DNA of 61,565 nucleotides, the filler included, from Chthonomonadaceae bacterium (GTDB taxonomy: Bacteria; Armatimonadota; Chthonomonadetes; Chthonomonadales; Chthonomonadaceae), in assembly GCA_035650735.1 (NCBI GenBank). It is 3 parts of 3 records of this genome, joined end to end, with 100 filler letters (N's around TTAATTAATTAA, not from the genome) between each part and the next. Parts side by side here need not be neighbours in the genome. Positions count along the whole stretch, not along the records: positions 22,766 to 43,137 come from DASRGZ010000213.1; 2 more parts are not named here. One strand, 5' to 3'. The notes under the pieces are model-generated. The model ran no database searches. It worked only from the letters and a program-made list of their open reading frames with translations, and was not told the origin of the DNA. Shown here in pieces: positions 27,894 through 38,452 of this stretch (its first letter is position 1; the number at the start of each line of letters is the position of its first letter). The translations under genes were made by a program, and so were the position numbers.

Positions 27894-28940
27894 TCAATAG
27901 CCATGCCCGTCGGACTCCGCCGTGACCTTGCCCTGGAAGGAGCGGAAGAGGAAGATGAAATAGCCAATTGCCAGGAGAATGGCAAGCACCCACCAGATAA
28001 GGCCGACGCGCAGGCCGGTTGTGCCTGCGGCCCCATTGAAGGCGGTGATATTGTAGGCGCTATCGAGCGTGGAGACCAGCAGGTTCGGGTACAGTCCCGC
28101 CGCCGTCGCGCCCAGCAGGCTCGCGATGAACACGGCAGAGGCAAGAAAGGCGTGCAGCTCGTTCCGCTGCCGGATGCGCAGGAACAGCACGACCAGGCTT
28201 GCCGCCACCAGGAGGGCCAGGAGCCAACCCCAGGGACGCGCCAGGAGGTTCGCGTAGAGGGCGGGCTGCACCCGCGACGTGGCAAGCGTGGTGAGCACGC
28301 CCAGGATCACCACGACCACCCAGAGGCGGGGCGCAATGGCCTGGCTGCGCGCCTGCACCGGGCCGGAGGTCTTCCAGGTGAGATAGAGCGCGCCGTGCCC
28401 GGCCAATACGCTCAGGGCAAAGAGGCCGACCAGCACCGTGTACCAGTCCAGCACGCCCGGCTGCGGCCCCGGAACAAAGTTGGTAAAGAGCGGGCCGGTG
28501 AAGTAGCCGGAGGCGTCCAGCGGCACGCCGCGAATGACGTTGCCGAGCGCCGCGCCCAGCACAATCGCCATCAGAGTCGAAGAGAAGAAGAACATCCCGT
28601 CCCAGAAGCTGCGCCAGAGCGGGTTCTGCTGCTGCGAACGGAACTCGATGGAGATGCCCCGCAGCACCAGCAGCCAGAGGACGATCATCAGGGGCATGTA
28701 GAAGCCGCTGAAGCCCGCCGCGTAGACGCGCGGAAAGGCGAAGACCAGCACGCCCCCGGAGGCGATCAGCCAGACCTCGTTGCCGTCCCACACCGGCCCG
28801 ATGGCCGCCAGGACGGTGCGGCGCTCCGCGTCCGTTTTGGCGACGGCCAGATGCAGGATGCCCGCCCCGAAATCGAAGCCGTCCAGCACCACGTAGACGG
28901 CCAGCATCAGCGCGATCAGCGCGAACCACACGGTCTCCAT
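27894..28940 (-). CDS. cydB: Cytochrome bd ubiquinol oxidase subunit II
   Basis: LDGFDFGAG, IGPVWDGNEVWL, LRGISIEFR. Confidence 0.95.
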   Translation of the reverse strand: METVWFALIALMLAVYVVLDGFDFGAGILHLAVAKTDAERRTVLAAIGPVWDGNEVWLIASGGVLVFAFPRVYAAGFSGFYMPLMIVLWLLVLRGISIEFRSQQQNPLWRSFWDGMFFFSSTLMAIVLGAALGNVIRGVPLDASGYFTGPLFTNFVPGPQPGVLDWYTVLVGLFALSVLAGHGALYLTWKTSGPVQARSQAIAPRLWVVVVILGVLTTLATSRVQPALYANLLARPWGWLLALLVAASLVVLFLRIRQRNELHAFLASAVFIASLLGATAAGLYPNLLVSTLDSAYNITAFNGAAGTTGLRVGLIWWVLAILLAIGYFIFLFRSFQGKVTAESDGHGY

Positions 28941-28949
28941 GTGCGCCTC

Positions 28950-30350
28950 CTATTCCCCTGCCGGCTGCGGCCCGCCCGCTGCGCCGGAGGGCTGCGCTTT
29001 CCCCACATCCAGGCTTTCCGCGCCGTGCGCTCCCGTAACCTCCGGGCCGCGCTCGATCTGGCGCATAATTAAGAAGAGAAAGAGCAGGCCGAGCGCCATA
29101 TAGAGGCCCATGAATCCCAGCGTCGTAAAGGCCACGTTGCCGCCGCTGACGGCGGGCGAGGTGCCGTGCGTTGTCCGTTGCAGGCCCCAGATGAGCCAGG
29201 GCTGCCTCCCCAGTTCCGCTGTCATCCAGCCGGCGGTGGTGGCAATATAGGGGAAGGGAAAGGCTAGCATCAGGGTCCAGAGCATGGGCCGGGCATGGTA
29301 GAGCGTCCCGCGCCAGAGCAGGAGGGCGGCAACGCCCATCAGGGCGATGAAGATGGTTCCCAGCCCGACCATGACATGATACATATAGTAAAGAAGCTCG
29401 ACGTTATCCGGCCACTGATCTTTAGGGAAGTCGTCGAGGCCGTAGACGGTCGCGCCGAACGAGCCGTAGGCCAGGAAGCTCAGGACGCCGGGGACGATGA
29501 TGGGGTTCTCCAGAGTGCGGCGCTTGACATCCGGCTGCCCGATGATAACCATCTCCGCCGGGGCGCTGCTGGCGAATTTGCCCTCCATCGCCGCCAGCGC
29601 GGGCTTTTGATACTGCGCGACCAGCTTGCCGTGCTGGTCGCCGGTCGGGAAAAGCTGGAGCAGGCAGAAGATCAACCCGACAACGACGCCGACGCGCAGA
29701 AAGAGGCGCGCGTGCTCCTCGTGGCGGCCCATGAGGGTGTAGAACGCGCCGACCGCGCAGACCACAAACGAGCCGGTGATGACCGCCGCGCTCATGTTGT
29801 GCGCGTACTGCCAGAGCGCCCAGGGATTAAGCAGATAGCCCCAGAAGTCGGTCAGTTGCAGGGCGCCGTTGGGGCCGACGGAATGCCCGACCGGGTGCTG
29901 CATGAAGGCGTTGGTGGCGATGATGAAGTAGCCGGAGAGCCACGAGCCTAAAAACACCATGACCGCCGCTGCCATGTGCCCCTTTGGTCCCAGCCGCTTC
30001 TCCCCGAAGAGGAACATTCCCAGAAACGCGGACTCGGCGAAGAAGGCGAACATCCCCTCCATCGCCAGGGTCAGCCCGATGACCCCGCCCGCATAGTCGG
30101 AGAAGCGCGCCCAGTTGGTGCCGAACTGGAATTCCATCGGGATGCCGGTCACCACGCCGACCGCGAAATTGATGCCAAAGATGCGCCCCCAGAAGCGCGC
30201 GGCGTCGTTATAGCGCTCGTCTTGTGTTTTGAGGGCGAGGGCTTTAAAGAGGACGATGAGCAGAGCCAGGCCCATCGTCAGTTGCGGGAAGAGATAGTGA
30301 AAGGTGATGGTGAAACCAAACTGGAATCGGCTCCACGTCAGCGCGTCCAT
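28950..30350 (-). CDS. cydA: Cytochrome bd ubiquinol oxidase subunit I
   Basis: SRFQFGFTITFHYLF, GVVTGIPMEFQFGTNW, KPALAAMEG, GWMTAELGRQPW; start at MDALTW. Confidence 0.95.
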   Translation of the reverse strand: MDALTWSRFQFGFTITFHYLFPQLTMGLALLIVLFKALALKTQDERYNDAARFWGRIFGINFAVGVVTGIPMEFQFGTNWARFSDYAGGVIGLTLAMEGMFAFFAESAFLGMFLFGEKRLGPKGHMAAAVMVFLGSWLSGYFIIATNAFMQHPVGHSVGPNGALQLTDFWGYLLNPWALWQYAHNMSAAVITGSFVVCAVGAFYTLMGRHEEHARLFLRVGVVVGLIFCLLQLFPTGDQHGKLVAQYQKPALAAMEGKFASSAPAEMVIIGQPDVKRRTLENPIIVPGVLSFLAYGSFGATVYGLDDFPKDQWPDNVELLYYMYHVMVGLGTIFIALMGVAALLLWRGTLYHARPMLWTLMLAFPFPYIATTAGWMTAELGRQPWLIWGLQRTTHGTSPAVSGGNVAFTTLGFMGLYMALGLLFLFLIMRQIERGPEVTGAHGAESLDVGKAQPSGAAGGPQPAGE

Positions 30351-30520
30351 ATGGCGTCTCCCTTTCTCGTCCTGTGCTGCCGGTTCTCCTCCCATTATGA
30401 CAGCAGCAACGCGCACAAGGCTATCCCCAAAACGGCGGATTATGCGCCAGTTCTACGCAGAAAGAGAACAGCACCCGCTGACTATAGAATAAAATCCCCG
30501 CACTGTTTTCAGCAAATCGC

Positions 30521-30569
30521 TTGACATCTGCCCGCTTGAGGTTTATAATAGTAACCACTCAAGTAGTTA
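30521..30569 (+). promoter_or_regulatory. Consensus sigma70 promoter plus palindromic operator
   Basis: TTGACA (30521)-N17-TATAAT (30544); TAACCACT-CA-AGTAGTTA at 30552-30569. Confidence 0.82.
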
Positions 30570-30678
30570 ACATTGACGTGAACGCGCAAAGATTACGATG
30601 CGGCAAAGGTTTGGCTGCGACAACCCTGGACACCAGGAAGGCGCTCGTGGTGGGCCTCTTGAACGCACACAGGTTACG

Positions 30679-31488
30679 ATGCTGGAGAAGCTGCGACAAC
30701 TGGGATGGGGTGATTACGAGGCGAAGGCGTATCTGGCGCTACTGGGCCATCATCCGGCTACCGGCTACCGCGTCGCCAAAGAGTCGGGGGTGCCCACGGC
30801 CAAAGTATATGAGGCGCTGGCGCGGCTGGTGGAGCGCGGAGCCATCCGCCTGCATCCCGGCGCGGAGGGCGAGGCGGCCCAATACGTCCCCGTTCCCCCA
30901 GAAGAGGTCATGGCCGGGCTGCGTGCCCGCCACGCCCGCATGCTCGATGAGTTGACCCGCGAGCTCGCGTCCCTGTTCGCTCCCTCCGCCGCCGCGCCGG
31001 AGGCCGCGTGGCTGCGCGGGCGCGCGCCGGTCCTGGGCCGCGCCAACACGCTGCTTGCTGCTGCCCGGCAATCGGTCGCGCTGGCCCTGCCCTGGGGTTG
31101 GGAGAGCGCGCTGCGGGCCGGGCTGGAGACCGCACGATCCCGCCGCGTGCGCATGGATCGCGTGGCGCTCTCTGCGGAGGGAGCCACAGGGCAGACCGAG
31201 CCGGGCCTGCTCGTCCTGGTCGTGGATGGCAGGGAGACGCTGATCGGCACGCTCGGCAGCCCGACCGATGACGCCGCCGCCGAAGCCCTCGCCTCCCAGG
31301 CTCCCTTCCTGGCGCGTCTCGCCGCCGATTACGTGCGCCTGCGCCGCGCCCTGGCGCTCGTTCCCGATGCTGTTGCGCGCCTGCAGCGCCACGACGACTG
31401 GCTCGATTGGGAGGAGGCCAAACAGCGCCGCCTCCTCCAGCACACGGCCCTGCCGCGCCCTGACCGCGTCGGCGGCTCACCCAACTAA
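30679..31488 (+). CDS. TrmB family transcriptional regulator
   Basis: LRQLGWGDYEAKAYLALL..TGYRVAKESGVPTAKVYEAL..L.ERG winged HTH; LVVDGRETL. Confidence 0.85.
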   Translation: MLEKLRQLGWGDYEAKAYLALLGHHPATGYRVAKESGVPTAKVYEALARLVERGAIRLHPGAEGEAAQYVPVPPEEVMAGLRARHARMLDELTRELASLFAPSAAAPEAAWLRGRAPVLGRANTLLAAARQSVALALPWGWESALRAGLETARSRRVRMDRVALSAEGATGQTEPGLLVLVVDGRETLIGTLGSPTDDAAAEALASQAPFLARLAADYVRLRRALALVPDAVARLQRHDDWLDWEEAKQRRLLQHTALPRPDRVGGSPN

Positions 31489-31504
31489 GAGTCTCTCCCA
31501 ATAG

Positions 31505-32887
<1,383 letters not shown>

Positions 32888-32929
32888 ACCATCTGCTTGT
32901 TTTTGCGTTACACCTGAGCAGAGACGCAA

Positions 32930-32975
32930 GAACGCCCCTTTGCCATTGGGCATGGGGGCGTTCCTGTTTTGGTTT
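32930..32975 (+). terminator. Rho-independent terminator after ahcY
   Basis: GAACGCCCC..TGCC-ATTG-GGCA..GGGGCGTTC followed by TGTTTTGGTTT. Confidence 0.7.
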
Positions 32976-33010
32976 GGGAGCCCTTCCGTTCGGGTCCCCG
33001 ATCCTTACTG

Positions 33011-33442
33011 TTAGGGCCGCGCCTGCGAGGATTCGGTGTTGTTGCCTGCGGCGTTCTTATGGCCGTGACGCCTGCCGTGCTGCTGCCGCAGCTCCTTCAT
33101 CTTCTCCTTCTGCTCGGGGGTCAGGATCGCGGCGATCTTCTCCTGGGTCTCCTTGCGCAGCGCCTGAAGCTTGGCCTTCTTCTGCTCCGGCGTCAGGGAG
33201 TTGTCCTGCCGGATGGCCCGCACCTTCGGGCGCTGCTCCTTCATAATGGATTTGATCTGGGCCTTCTGGGCGTCGGTCAGGTTAAGCTTTTTGGCCAGGC
33301 CCTTCATCCTCATGCCCATGTGGCGCTGCTGATGCTGTCCCTGCGTCTGCCCCGGCTCCTGCCCAGCCATCGCCGGCTGACCGAACACCGTAAAGGCGCC
33401 GAGCGCCAGAGCCGCCGTCGTAATCAACATAAATCGCTTCAC
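33011..33442 (-). CDS. Spy/CpxP-like periplasmic protein (LTXXQ)
   Basis: Signal peptide; LNLTDAQK, LTPEQK twice. Confidence 0.8.
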   Translation of the reverse strand: MKRFMLITTAALALGAFTVFGQPAMAGQEPGQTQGQHQQRHMGMRMKGLAKKLNLTDAQKAQIKSIMKEQRPKVRAIRQDNSLTPEQKKAKLQALRKETQEKIAAILTPEQKEKMKELRQQHGRRHGHKNAAGNNTESSQARP

Positions 33443-33512
33443 GTCTGTGATCTCCTATTTTGTGTCCTGTCGTTATGTCATGAGGTAAGTCTGCGCTCAC
33501 CCTCTGCGCTTA

Positions 33513-33539
33513 CAGACGCAAAGTTGGGCCGGGAGTTCA
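33513..33539 (-). promoter_or_regulatory. ECF (sigmaE-like) promoter for the Spy-like gene
   Basis: GAACT-N16-GTCTG on the minus strand. Confidence 0.55.
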
Positions 33540-33593
33540 TTTTGCGGCGCGGGCTTGCCGGCATCCGTTTCGCGCAGGGAAATGGCAGGTATT

Positions 33594-36500
33594 TCAGCGG
33601 GCGGCGGGCGGAACCGTGGGTGGCTGCTCGCGCTCCGGCTCGCCAACGCCGTTGCCTGCGCGCTCGGCCAACTCCGGCCCGGAGAGACGCGCGGCCCCGG
33701 AACGCCCACCGTAGAGCGCGCGCCGCTTCCGCTTGCCCAGCCAATCGTCGAAGAGGCTGTAGAGGGACGGAATCACGATCAGCGTCAGCACCGTCGAGAT
33801 GAGCAGGCCGCCGATGACCACAATCGCCATTGGCGCGCGAATTTCAGAGGCCCGCCCGATGCGCAGCGCTACCGGAAGCATACCAACGATGGTGGCGGTG
33901 GTCGTCATCAGGATGGGGCGCAGGCGTGTGGCGCCCGCCTCCTCGATGGCGGCGTTGCGCTCCAGGCCGCGCGCCCGCAGCGTATTGGTGTAGTCGAGCA
34001 GCAGGATCGCGTTGCGGCCCATGAGCCCGACCAGCATGATGATGCCGATAGCCGCCACCAGCGAAAGCGTCTCGCCCGTCAGCACCAGCGCGCCCAGCGC
34101 GCCCACCAGCGCCATAGGCAGCGTGAACATGATGACAAAGGGCGTGCCCAGGTTATTAAATAGCGAGGCCATTACGATATAGACCAGCAGCACCGCCATG
34201 ATCAGCGCGCTGGCAAAGGGGAGGATGTTCTCGTTGAGGGTTTCGGCCTCGCCGCCCCATTTCACGTCTATGTCCGGGTGGGGCATGGCATCTATCTCTC
34301 TCTGGATGACCGCTTCCACGTTGCCCAGCGGGGTATTCGGCGCCAGGTTGGCCGTCACCGTTACCATGCGCTGGCCGTTGTAGCGGTCAATGTTAGTCGG
34401 GCCGGTCGTCAGCGAGATATGGGCGACGTCGCCTAGCGTCACCGGCTGGCCCTGCGCGTCGTAGCCGACGAGGATATTCTGCACGTCCGCCGGGTTGTCC
34501 CGCTGGAGGTTTTGCAGCCGCACGCGGATCGGAAACTCCTGCCCGCCCTGTCGGAACACCGTCTCCGTGTTGCCTGAAACCGAGTCGCGCAGGATCGCGC
34601 CCGCTAGCCCTGCAGGAACGCCGACCTGCGCCGCCGCCTGTCGGTCTATGTCCACGCGCACCTCCGGCCTGCCGCTGCGCACCGAAACGTCCGGGTCGAG
34701 CACGCCGGGCACGGAGCGCATATGCTGCTGAAGCTGGGCGGCAAACTGCGTCAGGCGCTCGATATCCGGCCCGCGCAGTTGAATTTCGACCGGCAGCGCG
34801 ATGCCCACCACCGAGCGCACCGCCGCCGTCGTCACCCGGCCTCCGATCTGCTGAGCCAGAGGCTGCAATTGCCGCCGTAGCTGCGTGGCGATGTCCTGGT
34901 CGGAGCGGGCACGGGTTGCGCCCCCTGCCCCGCCGGGATGCAGCAGGCGATCCAGCAGGCCCGCCTTCTCCTTCAGGCGCACGTTGATCTGGGCGAACTG
35001 CGGCCCCTGCTGCGGGATGGAGCCAAAGCCGCCGAGTATCTGCCCGACGTTGGTGCTGGTCGCCTCCACATCCGGCGTCCCGACGACCTGCTGCTCGATG
35101 CGGCGCGCGGCGGCGTCCGTTGCTTGCAGGCTTGCGCCGGGCGGCATCTCAATGTTGACCGCGATCTGGCCCTGATCCGTGCCGGGCAGGAACTCCGTGC
35201 CCAGCTTAAAGAAGGAGACGACGGAGATCCCCGCCAACGCCGCCACGCCCAGCCCGATCACCAGCCAGCGCCACCTCAGCGCCCACCGGATGACGCGCCG
35301 GTAGATGCCTTCCAGCCATCGGTAGAACTGCTCGAACGGGGCGAACAGGCCGCGTTTGGCCTCTACGTCCTCGCCGGATTTGTACCAGCGGGAGGCCAGC
35401 ATCGGCGTGACGGTGAAGGAGACGACCAGCGAGAAGAGCGTCGCCGCCGCGATGGTCAAGCCGAACTGCTTGAAGAAGCCGCCGACGACACCGCCCATGA
35501 AGGCGATGGGCACGAAGACCACGACGTCTACCAGTGTGGTGGTGATGTCCGCAAAGCCGATCTCGGTGCGTCCGTTGAAGGCGGCCTCGGTCGGCGTCTC
35601 GCCGTAGCGCAGGTGGCGCGTGATGCTCTCCAGCACAACGATAGAGTCGTCTACCAGGATGCCGACGGAGAGCGACAGGGCCAGCAGCGTCATCTGGTTG
35701 AGGGTGAACCCGGCAGCCCACATGACCAGGAACGTGGCGACGATACAGGCGGGAATGGCTAGCGAGACAATGAAGGTGCCGCGCAGGTTATGCAGGAAGA
35801 AGAGGATGACGACCATCGCTAGGATGGCGCCCAGGATCAGCGTGCCGTTGACGTCCTCCAGGGCGGCGCGCACCGTCACGGCGTCGTCGCGCAGCGTCAC
35901 GCGCTTGAGGTCCTTGGGCAGGGAAGGCTCCAGTTGCCGGAACGCCGCGTTGACCTGGTCCACGACCGTGATCGTGTTGGCATCGGTGGCTTTGGTAAGG
36001 ACCAGGCTGACGCCCTCGCGGCCGTTGATGCGGTTGATCTCGGTGCGCTCAGCCTGCCCATCGGAGACGGTGGCGACGTCGCCGACCGTCAGCGCGGGCT
36101 CCGGCAGGGCGGCGGGCTGGAGGCCGGCCTGCGGGTTGGCGGCTGCCGCCTGGGCCTGCCGCTGGGCGAGTTGGGGAGCGAGGATCTGGGTGTTGCGGAT
36201 GGCGTCCAGCGAGGAGTAGGCCCCGATCAGGCGTACCTCGGTTGCGCGGCTTCCTTGAGCGATCTCGCCGCTCGGTACGTTGCGCCCGGACGCCTTCAGG
36301 GAGTTGACCACGTCCTCGATGGTCAGGCCGTACTGCGCCAGCCTCTGCTCGTCCACGGCGACGTGGATCTCGCGCTGCACGCCGCCGACCACGCGCACGG
36401 TCGCCACACCAGGGACGCGCTCCAGGCGCGGAACGATGGTGTTGTCGGCGAGGGCGCGCAACTGAGCGAGCGTTTGGGAGGGGCTTTCCAGGCCGATATA

Positions 36501-36917
36501 GAGGATGGGCAGCGCATTGATATCCAGCTTGGCGACGACGGGCGGGCGCGCTTCGGGAGGCAGTTGAGCGCGCACGGCATCTACGCGCGCCCGCACCTCA
36601 TTGGACGCTACGTCCAGGTCAGTGCCGACCTGGAGATCCATGCTGATGATGGAGACATTGGGCTGTGAGCTAGAGTAGACGTCCTTGACCCCGCCGACCG
36701 TGCCGACCGCCTCCTCCAGCGGCTTGGTGATCTGGGTTTCGATCTCGGGCGGCCCGGCCCCCGGGTAGATGGTCGTGACCGTCAGCGTGGGGATGTTGAC
36801 GCGCGGGTTGAGTTCAGCGGGCAGGCGAAAGTAGGCCTGTAGCCCCAGTACCGCGATTGCGGCCAGCGCCATCCAGATCAGGATCGGTCGGGAGATAGCC
36901 AGTCGCGTTAACCACAT
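33594..36917 (-). CDS. RND efflux transporter permease (AcrB/AcrD/AcrF family)
   Basis: GILVDDSIVVLE, RNAILLLD, RLRPILMTT; 1107 aa. Confidence 0.95.
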   Translation of the reverse strand: MWLTRLAISRPILIWMALAAIAVLGLQAYFRLPAELNPRVNIPTLTVTTIYPGAGPPEIETQITKPLEEAVGTVGGVKDVYSSSQPNVSIISMDLQVGTDLDVASNEVRARVDAVRAQLPPEARPPVVAKLDINALPILYIGLESPSQTLAQLRALADNTIVPRLERVPGVATVRVVGGVQREIHVAVDEQRLAQYGLTIEDVVNSLKASGRNVPSGEIAQGSRATEVRLIGAYSSLDAIRNTQILAPQLAQRQAQAAAANPQAGLQPAALPEPALTVGDVATVSDGQAERTEINRINGREGVSLVLTKATDANTITVVDQVNAAFRQLEPSLPKDLKRVTLRDDAVTVRAALEDVNGTLILGAILAMVVILFFLHNLRGTFIVSLAIPACIVATFLVMWAAGFTLNQMTLLALSLSVGILVDDSIVVLESITRHLRYGETPTEAAFNGRTEIGFADITTTLVDVVVFVPIAFMGGVVGGFFKQFGLTIAAATLFSLVVSFTVTPMLASRWYKSGEDVEAKRGLFAPFEQFYRWLEGIYRRVIRWALRWRWLVIGLGVAALAGISVVSFFKLGTEFLPGTDQGQIAVNIEMPPGASLQATDAAARRIEQQVVGTPDVEATSTNVGQILGGFGSIPQQGPQFAQINVRLKEKAGLLDRLLHPGGAGGATRARSDQDIATQLRRQLQPLAQQIGGRVTTAAVRSVVGIALPVEIQLRGPDIERLTQFAAQLQQHMRSVPGVLDPDVSVRSGRPEVRVDIDRQAAAQVGVPAGLAGAILRDSVSGNTETVFRQGGQEFPIRVRLQNLQRDNPADVQNILVGYDAQGQPVTLGDVAHISLTTGPTNIDRYNGQRMVTVTANLAPNTPLGNVEAVIQREIDAMPHPDIDVKWGGEAETLNENILPFASALIMAVLLVYIVMASLFNNLGTPFVIMFTLPMALVGALGALVLTGETLSLVAAIGIIMLVGLMGRNAILLLDYTNTLRARGLERNAAIEEAGATRLRPILMTTTATIVGMLPVALRIGRASEIRAPMAIVVIGGLLISTVLTLIVIPSLYSLFDDWLGKRKRRALYGGRSGAARLSGPELAERAGNGVGEPEREQPPTVPPAAR

Positions 36918-36947
36918 AGGATGGTTACCTAGCCCCCGGCTTTAATA

Positions 36948-37068
36948 GCCCTCACCCCCTGCCCCTACTGCCAGGGTCGGCCCTGCAACGGTTCGGGCCA
37001 CTGCCAGGGTCGGCAAGGGTACGGCCCTTGCCTCCGCCTAGCGATCTACGCTGCCGGGAGAGGGAGAG
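36948..37068. repeat. Family A element interrupted by two family D units
   Basis: GCCCTCACCCCCTGCCCCT[ACTGCCAGGGTCGG..ACTGCCAGGGTCGG..CTCCGCCTAGCGA]TCTACGCTGCCGGGAGAGGG. Confidence 0.82.
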
Positions 37069-37126
37069 CAACGGCAAGGCATAGCGGAGGAAACCGCACG
37101 TAGCCGCCGGTCGGCCTTCCGTATCT

Positions 37127-38452
37127 TTAGCGGGCAAGGACGGTGATATGCGCCGTCTGGCCGGGGCGCAGCGCCACATTGGCAGTGCGGAAGCGGAACC
37201 GGACGCGGAAAGTGCGCCCGCCCGGCTCGGCGACGCGCGCAATCTCGCTGAGGGTGGTGGGGAAAATCCGACCCGGCTGGGCCTCCACCGTAATCCGCGC
37301 CGCCTGCCCGACGTGCAGCCGGGCCAACTGCCGGGCGGGGACCAGCGCCTCCACATACAGGCCGGCCAGAGAAACGACCGTCACCAGCGGTACGCCGGGC
37401 TGCGCCGTCTCGCCGACGTGCGCCGTCACGCTCGCCGCCACGCCCTCCAGCGGGCTGACCAGCCGGGCCGTGCGCTGCGTGGCTTGCGCCCCCACCACGC
37501 CCGCCCGCGCCTGCGCCAGCGCCGCCTCCGCCGCGCGAATATCCTGATCCGCCAGGGCGAGCGTCTGCCGCCGCGCCCGCAGGGCCGCCTGCAGGCCCTC
37601 CTGCGCCTGCCGCACGCCCGCCTGCGCTGCATCCACGTCCTGCTGGGCCAGCGCGACACGATAGGAAGGGCCGTTCCCCGGCCCCGCCTCCAACCGCCGC
37701 ACCTGCGCCTGCGCCGTCTCCAGATCGGACTGCGCCACCGTCACCTGCGCCCGCGCGCCCTCCAGATCGGAGCGCGATACGCCCCCAACTTTAGAAAGCT
37801 CCTCCAGGCCGCGCAGGTTTTCCTGGGCGCGCTCCAGAGCCACCTGCGCCTTGCGCACGCCCTCTTCCGCCGCCGCGCGGTCGGCGCGCGCCTCATCCCG
37901 GGCCGCATCACGGGCGAGGATCGCCTGCCGCAGCTTCGCCTGGGCCTGCCGCAGCCCGGACTGTGCCGCCGCCACGTCGGAGTCGGCCTTGACCTTCTGG
38001 GCTTTCCGGCCAACCTGCGCCTTGCTCAATTGCGCCTCGGCGGCGGCGACGCCCGCCTGTGCCGTGCGCTCCTGCGCCGCAAATTCCGACGCATCCAACT
38101 GCACCAGCAGTTGCCCGCGCCGCACCCGGTCGCCCTCCTGAACATAGACGGCGGCGATACGGGCCGGCTGGCGCACCGAAAGCGCCGCCTGCGCCCCCGA
38201 TTGCACCGTGCCCAGCAAGGTCAGCCCGCCGCGATCCACCGCCGTCCCACCGGCCTCCACTGTGGGCGGGTTCCCCGCTGCCGGCGGCGGGGCCGTTGTC
38301 TCTTCGCCGGTCGGCGATGGCTCTGTGGGCGCGGTGGCGACCGGCTGCGCCTGCGTCGGAGGCGGCTGTTGGCTTGGATTCGAGCGGCAGCCCGGCAGGA
38401 GACCGATCAGGCACGCCAGGAAGAGAACCGGGAAGTGGGGTCTACCGGCCAT
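37127..38452 (-). CDS. RND periplasmic adaptor (HlyD/MFP family) lipoprotein
   Basis: Lipobox LPGC, VQEGDRVRRGQLL, long Ala/Gln coiled coil, SPLEG, LRPGQ. Confidence 0.88.
   Translation of the reverse strand: MAGRPHFPVLFLACLIGLLPGCRSNPSQQPPPTQAQPVATAPTEPSPTGEETTAPPPAAGNPPTVEAGGTAVDRGGLTLLGTVQSGAQAALSVRQPARIAAVYVQEGDRVRRGQLLVQLDASEFAAQERTAQAGVAAAEAQLSKAQVGRKAQKVKADSDVAAAQSGLRQAQAKLRQAILARDAARDEARADRAAAEEGVRKAQVALERAQENLRGLEELSKVGGVSRSDLEGARAQVTVAQSDLETAQAQVRRLEAGPGNGPSYRVALAQQDVDAAQAGVRQAQEGLQAALRARRQTLALADQDIRAAEAALAQARAGVVGAQATQRTARLVSPLEGVAASVTAHVGETAQPGVPLVTVVSLAGLYVEALVPARQLARLHVGQAARITVEAQPGRIFPTTLSEIARVAEPGGRTFRVRFRFRTANVALRPGQTAHITVLAR

Noticed and set aside
30600..30650. SAH riboswitch upstream of TrmB-ahcY
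   Set aside because: CTGCGAC, CCAGG and GGCGCTC appear in the right order, but the GAGCG partner for the pseudoknot is missing and the segment is explained by a local duplication.
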